A DNA stretch of 64,000 bases from Candidatus Dojkabacteria bacterium (GCA_046753765.1 JBHHUN010000004.1:5359-69358), one strand, 5' to 3'; counted from the first letter of the stretch, positions 9,685 to 20,071 are shown. Notes: generated by a model not told the origin, from the sequence alone. Numbers and translations: made by a program.

Positions 9685-11505
9685 ATGGCAAACGATAAAT
9701 TAGAAGACTTCAAAGACTCGATCCCTGACTATGTCAAGGATCAAGAAGACTTCAAACTATACAAGATAAGGCACTCCGCTGAGCATATCTTCAGTCAGGC
9801 TGTTGTTGAGCTTTTTCCAAATAAAGTCAAACGAGCCCTTGCTCATCTGTCAGAACGTGGATTCTCGAGCGATGCACATTGGGACATGAAGGTTACAACA
9901 GATGATTTCAAGAAGATAGAAGACAAGATGCAAGAGATCATTGATAAAGACCTACCTATTAGAAGAGAGGAGATCTCCATCAAAGATGCACAAAAACTCT
10001 TCAAAGATAACAAGTTCAAACTGGAATGGATTCAGAAATTCGCGTCAGAAGCAAAAACCATAGCCGTATACTGGACAGGGGATGATTTCGTTGATCTTTG
10101 TAAGGGCCCCCATCTTGATTCAACTGCAGACATTAAAGCATTTAAACTGCTAAGTGTCGCCGGGGCATACTGGAAAGCTGACGAACGCAATGAGATGCTG
10201 GTGAGAGTTTACGGTACAGCATTCGCAACAAAAAAAGAGCTCAATGAATACCTGGAGAAGCGAGAGCTTGCAAAAGAGCGTGATCACCGAAAACTGGGTC
10301 GACAGCTAGATCTGTTTACACTCTCTGACCTGGTTGGCTCAGGTCTTCCGATGTTTACACCAAGAGGAACTGTTCTCAGAGATGAGCTTAACAAATTCTC
10401 ACAGGGCCTGCGTGCAGAGGTAGGATTTTCAAGAGTGTGGACGCCACATATCACCAAAACTGATCTATACAAAACTTCTGGGCACTGGGAGAAGTTTGGT
10501 GATGAGTTATTTCTGGTAAAAAGCCAGGAGACCGATGACAGGATGGTTCTAAAACCAATGAACTGTCCGCACCACCAACAGATATATGCTTCTAAGCCGA
10601 GAAGCTACAGGGATCTTCCACTTAAATACATGGAGACTACAACAGACTACCGTGACGAAAAGACTGGCGAGTTGCTGGGTTTATCGCGTGTGAGGTCGCT
10701 TACCCAGGATGACAGCCATGCTTTTGTGACTCCTGACCAAATCGAAACTGTCTTCCAGGAGCTGATCGATCTCACCGAAAAATTCTTTCAAACCCTTGGG
10801 CTGACTTATAAAGTGAGGCTCTCCTACTGGGATGCGAATGAACCCGAAAAGTATCTTGGTGATAAAAAACTGTGGGAGAAAGCCCAGGCAATCCTGCTCA
10901 AGATAGCAAAAAGAAGCAACTTTGAATACTACGAAGCACAGGGAGAAGCGGCATTCTACGGCCCAAAGATGGACTTTATGGTTTACGATGCCCTTGGACG
11001 TGAATGGCAGCTTGCAACACCTCAGCTGGACTTCAATCAACCATCCAGATTTGGCTTAACTTACACCGATTCAGATGGAGAAGAGAAAACACCCGTGATG
11101 ATTCACTACGCCCTCATGGGCTCTATCGAAAGATTCCTGTCGGTCTATATTGAGCACACTGGCGGTGCCTTTCCAGCGTGGGTTGCCCCTGAGCAGGTAC
11201 GAATCATTCCAATCAGCGATGACAACTCAAAATATGCTGAACGGCTACAGCAAAAGATGTCAGAGAAAGAGATCAGGGTCGAAATTGACCAGGATAGTGA
11301 GCGCATGCAGGCAAAAGTAAGAAAAGCACAAGAGCTCAAAGTACCGTACATGCTTATAGTTGGAAAACAAGAGGAAGAGGCAAGCACAGTCTCCCTTCGT
11401 TACCGTGACGGAAAAGAAGTCAGAGGTGTCGCCTTTAAGGACTTTCTAGGAGCACTGCAGAAAAATATCAGCAATCGGGAGAGGGAATTAGAGTTGAATC
11501 TCTAA
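9685..11505 (+). CDS. thrS: Threonyl-tRNA synthetase (lacks TGS domain)
   Basis: RHSAEH editing motif, DLCKGPH, RDHRKLG, KPMNCPHH, GEAAFYGPK, GSIERF. Confidence 0.97.
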   Translation: MANDKLEDFKDSIPDYVKDQEDFKLYKIRHSAEHIFSQAVVELFPNKVKRALAHLSERGFSSDAHWDMKVTTDDFKKIEDKMQEIIDKDLPIRREEISIKDAQKLFKDNKFKLEWIQKFASEAKTIAVYWTGDDFVDLCKGPHLDSTADIKAFKLLSVAGAYWKADERNEMLVRVYGTAFATKKELNEYLEKRELAKERDHRKLGRQLDLFTLSDLVGSGLPMFTPRGTVLRDELNKFSQGLRAEVGFSRVWTPHITKTDLYKTSGHWEKFGDELFLVKSQETDDRMVLKPMNCPHHQQIYASKPRSYRDLPLKYMETTTDYRDEKTGELLGLSRVRSLTQDDSHAFVTPDQIETVFQELIDLTEKFFQTLGLTYKVRLSYWDANEPEKYLGDKKLWEKAQAILLKIAKRSNFEYYEAQGEAAFYGPKMDFMVYDALGREWQLATPQLDFNQPSRFGLTYTDSDGEEKTPVMIHYALMGSIERFLSVYIEHTGGAFPAWVAPEQVRIIPISDDNSKYAERLQQKMSEKEIRVEIDQDSERMQAKVRKAQELKVPYMLIVGKQEEEASTVSLRYRDGKEVRGVAFKDFLGALQKNISNRERELELNL

Positions 11506-11557
11506 CTATTCACCTGATCAGAAAATTGCTAAGATAGAGTATCGTTAAAGATGCTCT

Positions 11558-11932
11558 GTGGCCAAGGATAAAACAAAGAAAAAAAACAGATCAAGAAAGA
11601 CACCCATCTCTAAGATGGATGTGCTCGAAGGAGAGATTCGAAGGCTGAACCATACTATGCGGAAGCGCAATAACTACTACAAACGCTCGCAAGTGATTAT
11701 CCGCGGTTTGATTCAAGGAATCTTTACAGCCCTTGGAGCTACAATTGGCTTCACACTCGTTATACTGATTCTCGCATCTTTCATCAGAACTATCAGCGCA
11801 GTCCCCTTCATTAACAATATCCTTGATCAAACAGGTATATCCCGGATCATTGAATACCAACTGGACGAAATCGAACAGGTTGATACTACCCCAACCCCCA
11901 CCCCTGAGAATCCGACCAACAACACAGACTAG
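11558..11932 (+). CDS. Small membrane protein, DUF5665-like
   Basis: GLIQGIFTALGATIG followed by a TM helix and a Pro/Thr tail. Confidence 0.6.
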   Translation: MAKDKTKKKNRSRKTPISKMDVLEGEIRRLNHTMRKRNNYYKRSQVIIRGLIQGIFTALGATIGFTLVILILASFIRTISAVPFINNILDQTGISRIIEYQLDEIEQVDTTPTPTPENPTNNTD

Positions 11933-11976
11933 TTTTTTTTATCCGAGCTGATGTAATATAATTACTGGACGAATAT

Positions 11977-11991
11977 TTGCGGGCGTAGTAT
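11977..11991 (+). repeat. Duplicate of the tRNA-Gly 5' end
   Basis: TTGCGGGCGTAGTAT is identical to 12072-12086. Confidence 0.85.
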
Positions 11992-12073
11992 CCCGACCTC
12001 CCCACGGTCGTCGGGACTGGCGTAGCTCACATTCACTCCGAAATGAGTTTAAACTAGTTGATCATTACAACTT

Positions 12074-12148
12074 GCGGGCGTAGTATAGCGGCCATTATGT
12101 CAGTTTTCCAAACTGAAGATACGGGTTCGATTCCCGTCGCCCGCTCCA
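12074..12148 (+). tRNA. tRNA-Gly (anticodon TCC)
   Basis: Acceptor stem GCGGGCG/CGCCCGC, anticodon arm TCAGT-TTTCCAA-ACTGA, T-arm ACGGG-TTCGATT-CCCGT, discriminator U and encoded CCA. Confidence 0.97.
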
Positions 12149-12186
12149 AGCATTACTTTACATATTATCGCTTCGGTGGTATTGCC

Positions 12187-13122
12187 ATGAGACTAAAGAA
12201 ACTTCTTGTTACAAACATTACTGAGAAAGAACTGTCCAAAGACAACTGGGATAGATTGTCCAAAATCTTTCATGAAATAGTTTTCAAGAAAGCCGAAGAT
12301 TCTGATCTTGAAGGGGAACTCAAAAACACTGATGCAATCTTTTCGAAGTTTAATGCTATAGATGCAAATATCATTTCCAAGTCTCCAAATCTGAAGTACA
12401 TCGGTATCTTTGCTACTGGAACTGGACACGTTGACTTAGAGTTGGCTTCAAAAAAAGACATTACAGTTACAAACATCCCTGGCTACTCTACCGAATCGGT
12501 TGCTGAATTCACGATTGGAGTAATCCTGGAACACCTGCGTGAGTTAAGAAAAGCGAGATCAGAGGGAGCGAAAGGAAACTACTCCGAGGATAACTTTTCA
12601 GCCAAAGAGATACGGGGAAAGGGGTTTGGTGTAATCGGACTTGGACGAATTGGTATGCGAGTAGCAGAATTAGCCGATGCATTTGGTGCAGACGTGAGTT
12701 ACTATTCAAAAACAAAAAAAGAGACGACCTTTGCGGATTATGCTGAGCTAGACCAGTTAGTTGCTAATAACGACATCATTTCACTAAACCTTGCTCTGAC
12801 CTCAGACACAAGAAACGTTATCGACAGCAGTCTCCTCAATAGTATTAAATCAGGTGCCATCCTGATCAATACAGCCCCAATGGAAATAATTGACCTTGAT
12901 GCACTCATTGCCAGGTTAAAAAAGGGAGACATCACTTTCATCTGGGATCATCCAGATGAAATGTCAGAAGAAAACCTAAATATGTTGACACCTCTCAAAA
13001 ATGTGATAACTTACCCTCCGATAGGTTATATCAGTGAGGAAGCTACCAAGGCGAAAAAAGACATCTTTATTGCAAATGTTGAAAGCTTTATTGATGGAAA
13101 AAAGTTGAATGTAGTTAACTAA
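12187..13122 (+). CDS. D-isomer-specific 2-hydroxyacid dehydrogenase family protein
   Basis: VTNIPGYSTESVAE, GVIGLGRIG Rossmann motif, LINTA. ATG at 12187, because the longer track ORF overlaps the tRNA. Confidence 0.88.
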   Translation: MRLKKLLVTNITEKELSKDNWDRLSKIFHEIVFKKAEDSDLEGELKNTDAIFSKFNAIDANIISKSPNLKYIGIFATGTGHVDLELASKKDITVTNIPGYSTESVAEFTIGVILEHLRELRKARSEGAKGNYSEDNFSAKEIRGKGFGVIGLGRIGMRVAELADAFGADVSYYSKTKKETTFADYAELDQLVANNDIISLNLALTSDTRNVIDSSLLNSIKSGAILINTAPMEIIDLDALIARLKKGDITFIWDHPDEMSEENLNMLTPLKNVITYPPIGYISEEATKAKKDIFIANVESFIDGKKLNVVN

Positions 13123-14309
13123 CTATTAGCTCTCGTTTCTCTCCTTAACACTAAACTCAATGCCAGCGGCACTACTATTACTAAGCTAGCTACCCCTATT
13201 AAAAAATAGTAACTGGAAACACTGTTCGCTTCAGCAAATACACCTCCAAAATAAACAGCAATAACATATACTAGCGAGGCCAGGAGGTTCAGCGTTGAGA
13301 GTGCCGTAGCCCTGTATCTGGATGAGAACCGTTTGTTAAGCGGGTAGCCGATAAAGATCTGAAATGATCCCGACGGGATTGCAATACCAAAGATCATAAT
13401 GACCACTGCCGGGTAGCTCAGAAACTGTACTGGAATCAACGTAACGACAAACAGTACCGGCAGAATAAGAATAAAGTATTTTGAATTGAAGACCTTTTTA
13501 TTTCTCGCCAGATACAAAGTCAAAAGGCCAACTGTCAATTTAATTCCTGAGGATAACCAGGACCTCGTTACAGTATCCAAATTGATCTCAACTAGAAATT
13601 TCTGTGCGAAAAAGCGATGATTAGACATTGCAAACCCACCAACCAACACAAACAGTAGTGAGAGTCTGCTTAAGTAACTCGACTTAAAAGCTTCTTTGAT
13701 GCCTTGGGTTGTTTGCTTAACATAACCTTTCAAACTGAACTTATAAGTGTCAATTTTGGGCTCTATCATTAGAAGTGGAAAGATCACTCCAACAATAGAT
13801 ACTATGCCTCGTAACAGATACGGAATTTTAATATTGAACTCATACAAGTACCCACCAACTAGTATGGCAACTACAGCAGTTGTTTGAAAGATCAATGACG
13901 TATTCGCGGCTATTCTAGGGTAGTCATCTTCACGATTGAGCTGCTTGAGGGTATCATACAAAAGCGCGCTGTTTGATCCCGAGATCATCGAAACACCAAC
14001 ACCAAACAAAATGGAATAAGCAAACATAATTTCATAGGAAGGCCAAAGAAGTGCCAGAAAAGCAAAACCCACCAGGGCGGAACCTATGCTCATTGAAATT
14101 CTTCGGCTAATCAGATCTCCAATTATACCTGTGGGCAGCTCAAACAAGATCAGCACGAGCCAAGAAAAAGCTCCAAAAAACGCGATCTGCTCAAAGCTTA
14201 AGTAGGTTTCTTGATACACAACCCAGATAGCAACGAAAAAAAGCGATGCCCTGCTCGCCTGGAACAGATAGTAAAGGGGAATATTTCTTTTAAGGCCATG
14301 TTGCTCCAT
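13119..14309 (-). CDS. MFS transporter
   Basis: About 12 hydrophobic helices. FELPTGIIGDLISRR (motif A), SGSNSALLYDTL, SRYRATALS. Confidence 0.9.
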   Translation of the reverse strand: MEQHGLKRNIPLYYLFQASRASLFFVAIWVVYQETYLSFEQIAFFGAFSWLVLILFELPTGIIGDLISRRISMSIGSALVGFAFLALLWPSYEIMFAYSILFGVGVSMISGSNSALLYDTLKQLNREDDYPRIAANTSLIFQTTAVVAILVGGYLYEFNIKIPYLLRGIVSIVGVIFPLLMIEPKIDTYKFSLKGYVKQTTQGIKEAFKSSYLSRLSLLFVLVGGFAMSNHRFFAQKFLVEINLDTVTRSWLSSGIKLTVGLLTLYLARNKKVFNSKYFILILPVLFVVTLIPVQFLSYPAVVIMIFGIAIPSGSFQIFIGYPLNKRFSSRYRATALSTLNLLASLVYVIAVYFGGVFAEANSVSSYYFLIGVASLVIVVPLALSLVLRRETRANS

Positions 14310-14319
14310 TAACTTCCTG

Positions 14320-14810
14320 TTAGCTCTGTTTCAAATCCAACTCAAGTTTCGTAAGTAATGTTTCGATATTCTTAAAGTACTGAATCTTCAACCAACCAAT
14401 CCCTCGATCGAGTAAATAGGCTTTTTCTGGCGATATGCGATCGCTACCTCCTGCAGACTCCCACTCCCACCACCCAGCAAGATCAACGCGTCACACATGG
14501 TCACAATCAGAGTCGACTCCCCTATCATATTCATACCTGAAACAACCTCAACACACAAGTGCTGGTTGCCTTTGCTCCTTCTTTTATTCTCAGGAGTTAC
14601 ACCAACGGAAATACCTCCAGCTTCCTGACAACCTCTATTAGCTGCCTCCATAACACCCGAGCCACCCCCCGTTACTACAATCCAATCAAGTTTTCCGATT
14701 TCAGAACCAAGTTCGTATGCAAGATCGTAGACTTCGTAGTTGACCTTTCCTTTGGGAACTTCTGAGTCTGGGGCCCCGAACCCGATTATACCGATCTGAT
14801 GCTTTGACAT
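14320..14810 (-). pseudogene. LOG-family (TIGR00725-like) protein with C-terminal deletion/frameshift
   Basis: TGGGSGVMEAANRG and GGGSGSLQEV motifs. The frame stops at ...EGLVG* (14388), while a plausible C-terminus KIQYFKNIETLLTKLELDLKQS* lies in another frame ending at 14320. Confidence 0.65.
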
Positions 14811-14955
14811 ACCCGTAAAATATTTCTGAGCAAGTATATCAGATTTTATTTCAAGGCAGCTAATATCACGGATCAGAGAGTCTGCCCACCTAAATTTGAA
14901 ATACGGAGCGAACAAGCATTATACTGGTATACTTGCTTTGGAAATTATGTAACTA

Positions 14956-16383
14956 ATGCTGAAAAACCTTTTCATTCCAAATCAGACAAACAAGTACACA
15001 CCGCACCTTCTGAGCAAAAGTGCTCTGCTTGTTTATCTGGCAGTGCTTATCATCTTCAACTTTACCATCGCACAGCTACCCTTTGCAGATGCTGGTGCTA
15101 TAGTTGATGCTCAAACCCTATACAATTTCCACAACAATGAGCGCGAGCGGGTTGGTCTTTCCAGGCTTACTATCAACTCAGACCTCATCTCTTCTGCGAC
15201 AAGTAAGGCACAGGAGATGCTGGCGGCCAACTGCTGGTCACACTTCTGTCCTGAAGGTAAGTCACCGTGGACGTTTTTTGATGAGGTTGGATACAGGTAC
15301 ATATTTGCCGGGGAAAATCTCGCAGAGGGCTTTGAAAACAATGAAACCGTGATGAAGGCCTGGATGAACAGCCCAACACACAGAGATAATATTTTAAAGG
15401 CGGAGTTTGATGAGATTGGCATCGGGTTTGCAACAGGCAGCTTTCAGGGCATAGCTACCAACACAATTGTAGTCGTGCATTTTGGATCCCGTAGTGAAAC
15501 GCTCAACAGTCTTCCAGCAAGCGAACAGCTTGATCTGGATTCTGAGACTGTAACTATCGAAAGTCCAACTAATGGAGCCCATATTAAAAATCCGGAATTC
15601 GAAATAGCCGGTCAAACCCCAGTAGGATCTACAGTAGAGCTGAAAGCTAACAATAAGAGTCTTGGAAGTGTCGATGCAGAAGGAGGCAACTTCACATTCC
15701 GGCCACCAAGCGCACTCGATGACGGTGGATATGGATTAATCGCCACTGCCTTCGACAACAACAGTACCACCTTGGGAATCTCATCAAAAGTAGAAGTAGT
15801 TGTAGACACAGTCGCCCCAAGCCTGGTCGACAATTCACTTCTTGTCAACTCACTGAATTTCTCCGATCAAATGGTAATAGTCTCCGTCCGTACACAAGGA
15901 GAGCCGATCATACTTTCAACTAATATTCCCAATGTCAGTTTCAGTAATATTTCAGAAGATAATTGGGAGACAGAGGTCCCTAGAGCAGAACTTGAATCGA
16001 AAGCTAACTTCACCATTGAAGCCATCGACAGAGCCGGAAATAAAAGTAAAACCGAATTCCCAAGTGCATCACTGCTTGCAGAAGTGCTAGCCTTTGATGC
16101 TGTACAACCCGGTGAGGGGACATTCGCTTCAAGCAACATTGTCATCAGTTTCTTTGATAACCTTCTTGGGAAAGACTTAAAAGTGAAGGTCAACCTCATT
16201 TTTATTGTATTTCTTGGCATCCTTTTTGGAGCTGATTTTTACGTTCTCTCAAAAGCCGGCCTCACAGGTATAAGGAGATCAAAATCACATCTGCATATCT
16301 CTGCGGTTGTCATACTTATTATAATTGCCCTAATCGGTGGCCTTTCAGGTAGCGTTCTGACAGGCATACAGTTTTTGAGATGA
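14956..16383 (+). CDS. CAP/SCP-domain protein with bacterial Ig-like domain and N- and C-terminal TM helices
   Basis: CWSH, AGENLA, AWMNSPTHRDNIL; Ig-like ...VVVDTVAP; hydrophobic ends. Confidence 0.85.
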   Translation: MLKNLFIPNQTNKYTPHLLSKSALLVYLAVLIIFNFTIAQLPFADAGAIVDAQTLYNFHNNERERVGLSRLTINSDLISSATSKAQEMLAANCWSHFCPEGKSPWTFFDEVGYRYIFAGENLAEGFENNETVMKAWMNSPTHRDNILKAEFDEIGIGFATGSFQGIATNTIVVVHFGSRSETLNSLPASEQLDLDSETVTIESPTNGAHIKNPEFEIAGQTPVGSTVELKANNKSLGSVDAEGGNFTFRPPSALDDGGYGLIATAFDNNSTTLGISSKVEVVVDTVAPSLVDNSLLVNSLNFSDQMVIVSVRTQGEPIILSTNIPNVSFSNISEDNWETEVPRAELESKANFTIEAIDRAGNKSKTEFPSASLLAEVLAFDAVQPGEGTFASSNIVISFFDNLLGKDLKVKVNLIFIVFLGILFGADFYVLSKAGLTGIRRSKSHLHISAVVILIIIALIGGLSGSVLTGIQFLR

Positions 16384-17198
16384 AGAATATCTTTCACTGG
16401 AAAAAAAGACCCTTTGTGTATGCGATTATTATTACTGTCGGATTCGCATTTCTGATAAGCATCCTCGAAAATCTCTCAGACGGGTTTTTCTTTATGGGGG
16501 CAATAGCTCTCTACTTCGTCCTGCTATTTGAACTTTTTATCACTATCTCCTACGCTAAGCGCTTGCTTGACCAGTTCGAACTTCCCCAGGTCAACAGTAA
16601 GCATGTTCAGGTACAACTGGTACATCATCTAGTACTACCCTCGCTAGCGTACTACAGTCTGATTGCGTACCTATTTTTTAACCATCAACTTTCTCTCAAA
16701 CTGCTCACACTCGCGCTGGTTTTTGTTATCTTTGCAATTCTCTTTACAAATATTCGCGCCTTATATGAAGACAAATACAAATTAGAGCAATCGACTCATA
16801 GCATCTATGACGCCATCATGATACTAACTGCATTTCTTGGAACAGATGCATTATTGAACTCACTCAGCTTTATTGGTTCACCAACTATTTTGATATTGTT
16901 GTCAGTCACTGCACTTCTCGCTCTTCTCGGGGTGCTTGTAATCGTCAGATATCAGCTGCTCAAACCGATTTTTGTACTTGAACTTGTTATTACAATAATT
17001 CTATTCAACATTGTCTTGTATATCCTGCTTAGTATTGGATTGGCTGTATTCATCACCTCCTTCTTATCCACGCTGTTTTTCTATTACATCCTTGCTTTTC
17101 TCAGTCATCTTCACGAAGGAACAGCCAGTAAAAAAATTCTCATTGAATACGTTATAGTGTTTGCGATAATGATCGTAGTTTTATATGGTCTGATTTAA
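16380..17198 (+). CDS. Polytopic membrane protein, unknown function
   Basis: About 8-9 hydrophobic segments; ATGA overlap with the upstream gene. Confidence 0.75.
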   Translation: MKNIFHWKKRPFVYAIIITVGFAFLISILENLSDGFFFMGAIALYFVLLFELFITISYAKRLLDQFELPQVNSKHVQVQLVHHLVLPSLAYYSLIAYLFFNHQLSLKLLTLALVFVIFAILFTNIRALYEDKYKLEQSTHSIYDAIMILTAFLGTDALLNSLSFIGSPTILILLSVTALLALLGVLVIVRYQLLKPIFVLELVITIILFNIVLYILLSIGLAVFITSFLSTLFFYYILAFLSHLHEGTASKKILIEYVIVFAIMIVVLYGLI

Positions 17199-17215
17199 TT
17201 CTTAGCTTTTGCACT

Positions 17216-17800
17216 ATGGTAGATACACAACTCACCAGCAGAAACATCAAACTGGATGAGGATACAAAGTCATACATTGAAGAGAAGATTAGTAAGCACT
17301 CAAAACTTCTCGAGAAAGCGACGAGTATCTCTGTTGTTGTTGATAATAACCGCTCTCACAGGGGGGTAAAACGTGATTTTAAGATTGAGGTCTCAGTCAA
17401 TATGCCACACACCTTCATAAGGGTGGAGCAGAAGGGAAGCAACTTCAAAGAGATGACAGACATTCTCGAACAAACACTCAAGAGGAAACTCAGAAGGTAC
17501 TTCGATCAGTTTCAGCGCTGGGAGAAAAAGATCCCCTGGAAGGTCAAAGAGATCAATACCGAACTTGAGGAGATCCAGAACATGGAAGAGGAGGATTCAT
17601 ATGCTGACTACGTACCAGTGATCAAAACTAAGCAATATGACGACGAAGCTCCTATACATCCTGCTGAGGCAATAGAACGGATGGAGCTCATAGGTCACAG
17701 CAGTTTTCTGTTTAAAAATATAGATAGCGGAAAATACTCAATGCTATACAAAAGGGAAGATGGTGGTTACGGCATGGTCGAGCCCCAGAAAGGTACTTAA
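17216..17800 (+). CDS. hpf: Ribosome hibernation promoting factor (long HPF)
   Basis: N-terminal S30AE domain (YIEEKISK); C-terminal EAIERMELIGHSSFLF...LYKREDGGYG. Confidence 0.92.
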   Translation: MVDTQLTSRNIKLDEDTKSYIEEKISKHSKLLEKATSISVVVDNNRSHRGVKRDFKIEVSVNMPHTFIRVEQKGSNFKEMTDILEQTLKRKLRRYFDQFQRWEKKIPWKVKEINTELEEIQNMEEEDSYADYVPVIKTKQYDDEAPIHPAEAIERMELIGHSSFLFKNIDSGKYSMLYKREDGGYGMVEPQKGT

Positions 17801-18408
17801 TGGATACTTCTCATCATAGAGTATTTCTGGCATTTCGTTTTCCCAAAAACGTGAGGGACTTCCTGAGGGATAACATTCGACATCTGAGTAAAAGGGATCG
17901 AAAGCTACGTTTTGTTAATATCGATCAACTTCACTTAACTCTACAATTCCTGGGGGATAATGTAAGTACCGAGAGCCTCGTGGCAGTTTCTGAAGTTTTA
18001 AAACGGCTCGCTTCTACTCTAGCCAGTCCAGAGATCAAAATCACAAACAGTAGCTTTGGGTTCCCCGGTCAAACAGTACCCAGGGTTGTATTTTGGGATG
18101 TCGAGCACACGAAATCACTAGTAGATTTCACTAAGACGGTACACGACAGCGTCCGCGATTTAGATTTACCTGATGTTAAACGTCAGAAAGACCACTCTAA
18201 ACTCATTCACCATATTACGATAGCCAGGGTCAAAAACTCGATCAGCAGAGGTGAAGCTCGGAGACTGAGAACAATTATAGGAGACTTCAATCAAGCTTTG
18301 CCCGAACCTTTTAAACCCAAGAGCCTTGATATCATTGAAAGCAGCCTCACAAAAAAAGGAAGCTCCTACAAATTGTATGAGAGCTTCCCACTCAATTCTC
18401 GAATTTAA
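17800..18408 (+). CDS. thpR: RNA 2',3'-cyclic phosphodiesterase (2H phosphoesterase)
   Basis: RVFLAF, HLTLQFLG, HITIAR, SSLTKKGSSY. Confidence 0.9.
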   Translation: MDTSHHRVFLAFRFPKNVRDFLRDNIRHLSKRDRKLRFVNIDQLHLTLQFLGDNVSTESLVAVSEVLKRLASTLASPEIKITNSSFGFPGQTVPRVVFWDVEHTKSLVDFTKTVHDSVRDLDLPDVKRQKDHSKLIHHITIARVKNSISRGEARRLRTIIGDFNQALPEPFKPKSLDIIESSLTKKGSSYKLYESFPLNSRI

Positions 18409-18415
18409 CTGCTTT

Positions 18416-19897
18416 TTACAAGTCAGTGATAGGAGGTCTTTCAATTGAAACACAGGCTCTATCATCGACATCATTTTTTCCACCTTCGGGGATCACGAAT
18501 ACCTCATTGCATGTTCTATTTGTTGCAGCAAGAGCTCTGAACAGAAAGTCAATGCGATAATTCTGTCCGGATTGAAGATCGCCCAAGACGTTAGTCAGAT
18601 CAAAGCTGGATATTACTCCTGCACCTTCGTTAACACTAAAGCCCGAAGTAATGTTCTGGCCGTTTTTTGCGTTAACAACCCTCAGGAAGTCAAGTCTTGA
18701 GTTGTTGTATTCATCCGTGAAATTTATTGAACTCAGTGTTGTCTGACCTGTATTTCCTATTACTATTCTAAATCTGACTGTTTCGCCAATCTGGTACGGA
18801 CCTGCACCAGAAATCACTCTCTTTTCAACTTCAATCCCTGGAACGGCAACAGGACACTGATTTCCGACTTCAAAGTCGTCACATGTGTAAAGTCCCCCTT
18901 GTGTATCGTTGTATCCGGCTGGGCACGATTGTGTATCAGGAACGGTAGTCTGTTCACATACATTTGCATCATCAAGTCTTGCCGTACATCTTGTACATAT
19001 TCGATCACCAACAGGCGTAACTGTTATGGTGGGTGTGGGTGTTGGTGTCAGTGTATCTGTTGGTGTGGGAGTCGGCGTAATCACCTCACTACATATCGCT
19101 GAAGCCGTTCCCTCACAGTTTGGATGATTATACCCGTTTGTTGTAACTTCAACCCTGTACAAACCAGGCCAGGAGTTACTTGTAGTGTAGGATTGACCGT
19201 TGCCCAGAGTTATAGTACTTCCGTTTGGTGAAAATACCCTTATGGTTGTGTCACCAGCAAACTGTCCCGTCCCATTGTGGAAAGAACCAACGTTAAAACT
19301 CTCACCACAGACGATATTAATGCTTCCAGCCCATGGCGAACTCGCATTTTGCTGCACCCTTGCCTGCGTGCTGCTGTAAGGACACTCTACAGGTGTATCA
19401 GTTGGTGTGGGAGTCGGTGTAGCTGCGATATCACATCCACAGGTAAATTCCTGTTTACAACCAGAGCAGATCTCCGTTCTGGTGTAATGACCTGGAGCAC
19501 TGTTTGCATACTGGGCTCTACAGTTATTCTCACACTGGGTTATATTACACTCACATGGTCTCCAATTCCCTGGACCAGCGTAAAAACAACCCCCAAGATA
19601 TCCGAAAGGAACATCGTTAGTATTAACCTCCCAGCAGGTAGCTGTAGAACCATTACCATTAGGATCGTAACAACCCCACATATGTCCTTCTCTTGGATTT
19701 CCAATTGAGTTACATTCTGCACCACTGTATGCTTCATTCGAACAGTGGACACCAGAGTTATACTGCCCAGCGCTAGCCGGCTGGAACAAAATCAAAGCTA
19801 CGGTTGCAACGATGAGGCCCGAAAGTAGTAGTATTGAATACAATACCAAGCCCCTTCTATATTTGCTTATATTGATCTTGAGCAGAAGCTTATTCAT
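18416..19897 (-). CDS. Secreted Cys-rich protein with Pro-Thr linkers and DUF11-like domain
   Basis: N-terminal hydrophobic/signal segment, many Cys, (TP)n linkers, IEVEKRV...GETVRFRIVIGNTG (DUF11-like). Ends PPITDL. Confidence 0.75.
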   Translation of the reverse strand: MNKLLLKINISKYRRGLVLYSILLLSGLIVATVALILFQPASAGQYNSGVHCSNEAYSGAECNSIGNPREGHMWGCYDPNGNGSTATCWEVNTNDVPFGYLGGCFYAGPGNWRPCECNITQCENNCRAQYANSAPGHYTRTEICSGCKQEFTCGCDIAATPTPTPTDTPVECPYSSTQARVQQNASSPWAGSINIVCGESFNVGSFHNGTGQFAGDTTIRVFSPNGSTITLGNGQSYTTSNSWPGLYRVEVTTNGYNHPNCEGTASAICSEVITPTPTPTDTLTPTPTPTITVTPVGDRICTRCTARLDDANVCEQTTVPDTQSCPAGYNDTQGGLYTCDDFEVGNQCPVAVPGIEVEKRVISGAGPYQIGETVRFRIVIGNTGQTTLSSINFTDEYNNSRLDFLRVVNAKNGQNITSGFSVNEGAGVISSFDLTNVLGDLQSGQNYRIDFLFRALAATNRTCNEVFVIPEGGKNDVDDRACVSIERPPITDL

Positions 19898-20019
19898 TTG
19901 ACTGTATTAATAAATGAATGCTCTAAATAAGATTACGCTGTTTCTGGTTATATTTTACCACCTATAGGCCCTTTCTCCAAACATTCTTATGTACATTCTT
20001 TTATCAAATATTGTGTCTG

Positions 20020-20028
20020 TGCTATAAT
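20020..20028 (+). promoter_or_regulatory. Extended -10 promoter of sortase gene
   Basis: TGCTATAAT about 45 bp upstream of the ATG. Confidence 0.6.
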
Positions 20029-20071
20029 AATTCGGATAGTAAGTAACCGCTAATATTGTAGGATACGATCA

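Noticed and set aside
12058-12186. N-terminal extension of the dehydrogenase ORF
   Set aside because: It overlaps tRNA-Gly; the ATG at 12187 gives a normal-length protein.
19020-19425. Repeated GGTGTGGGAGTCGG-type sequences
   Set aside because: They encode Pro-Thr linkers of the secreted protein and are not an independent repeat array.
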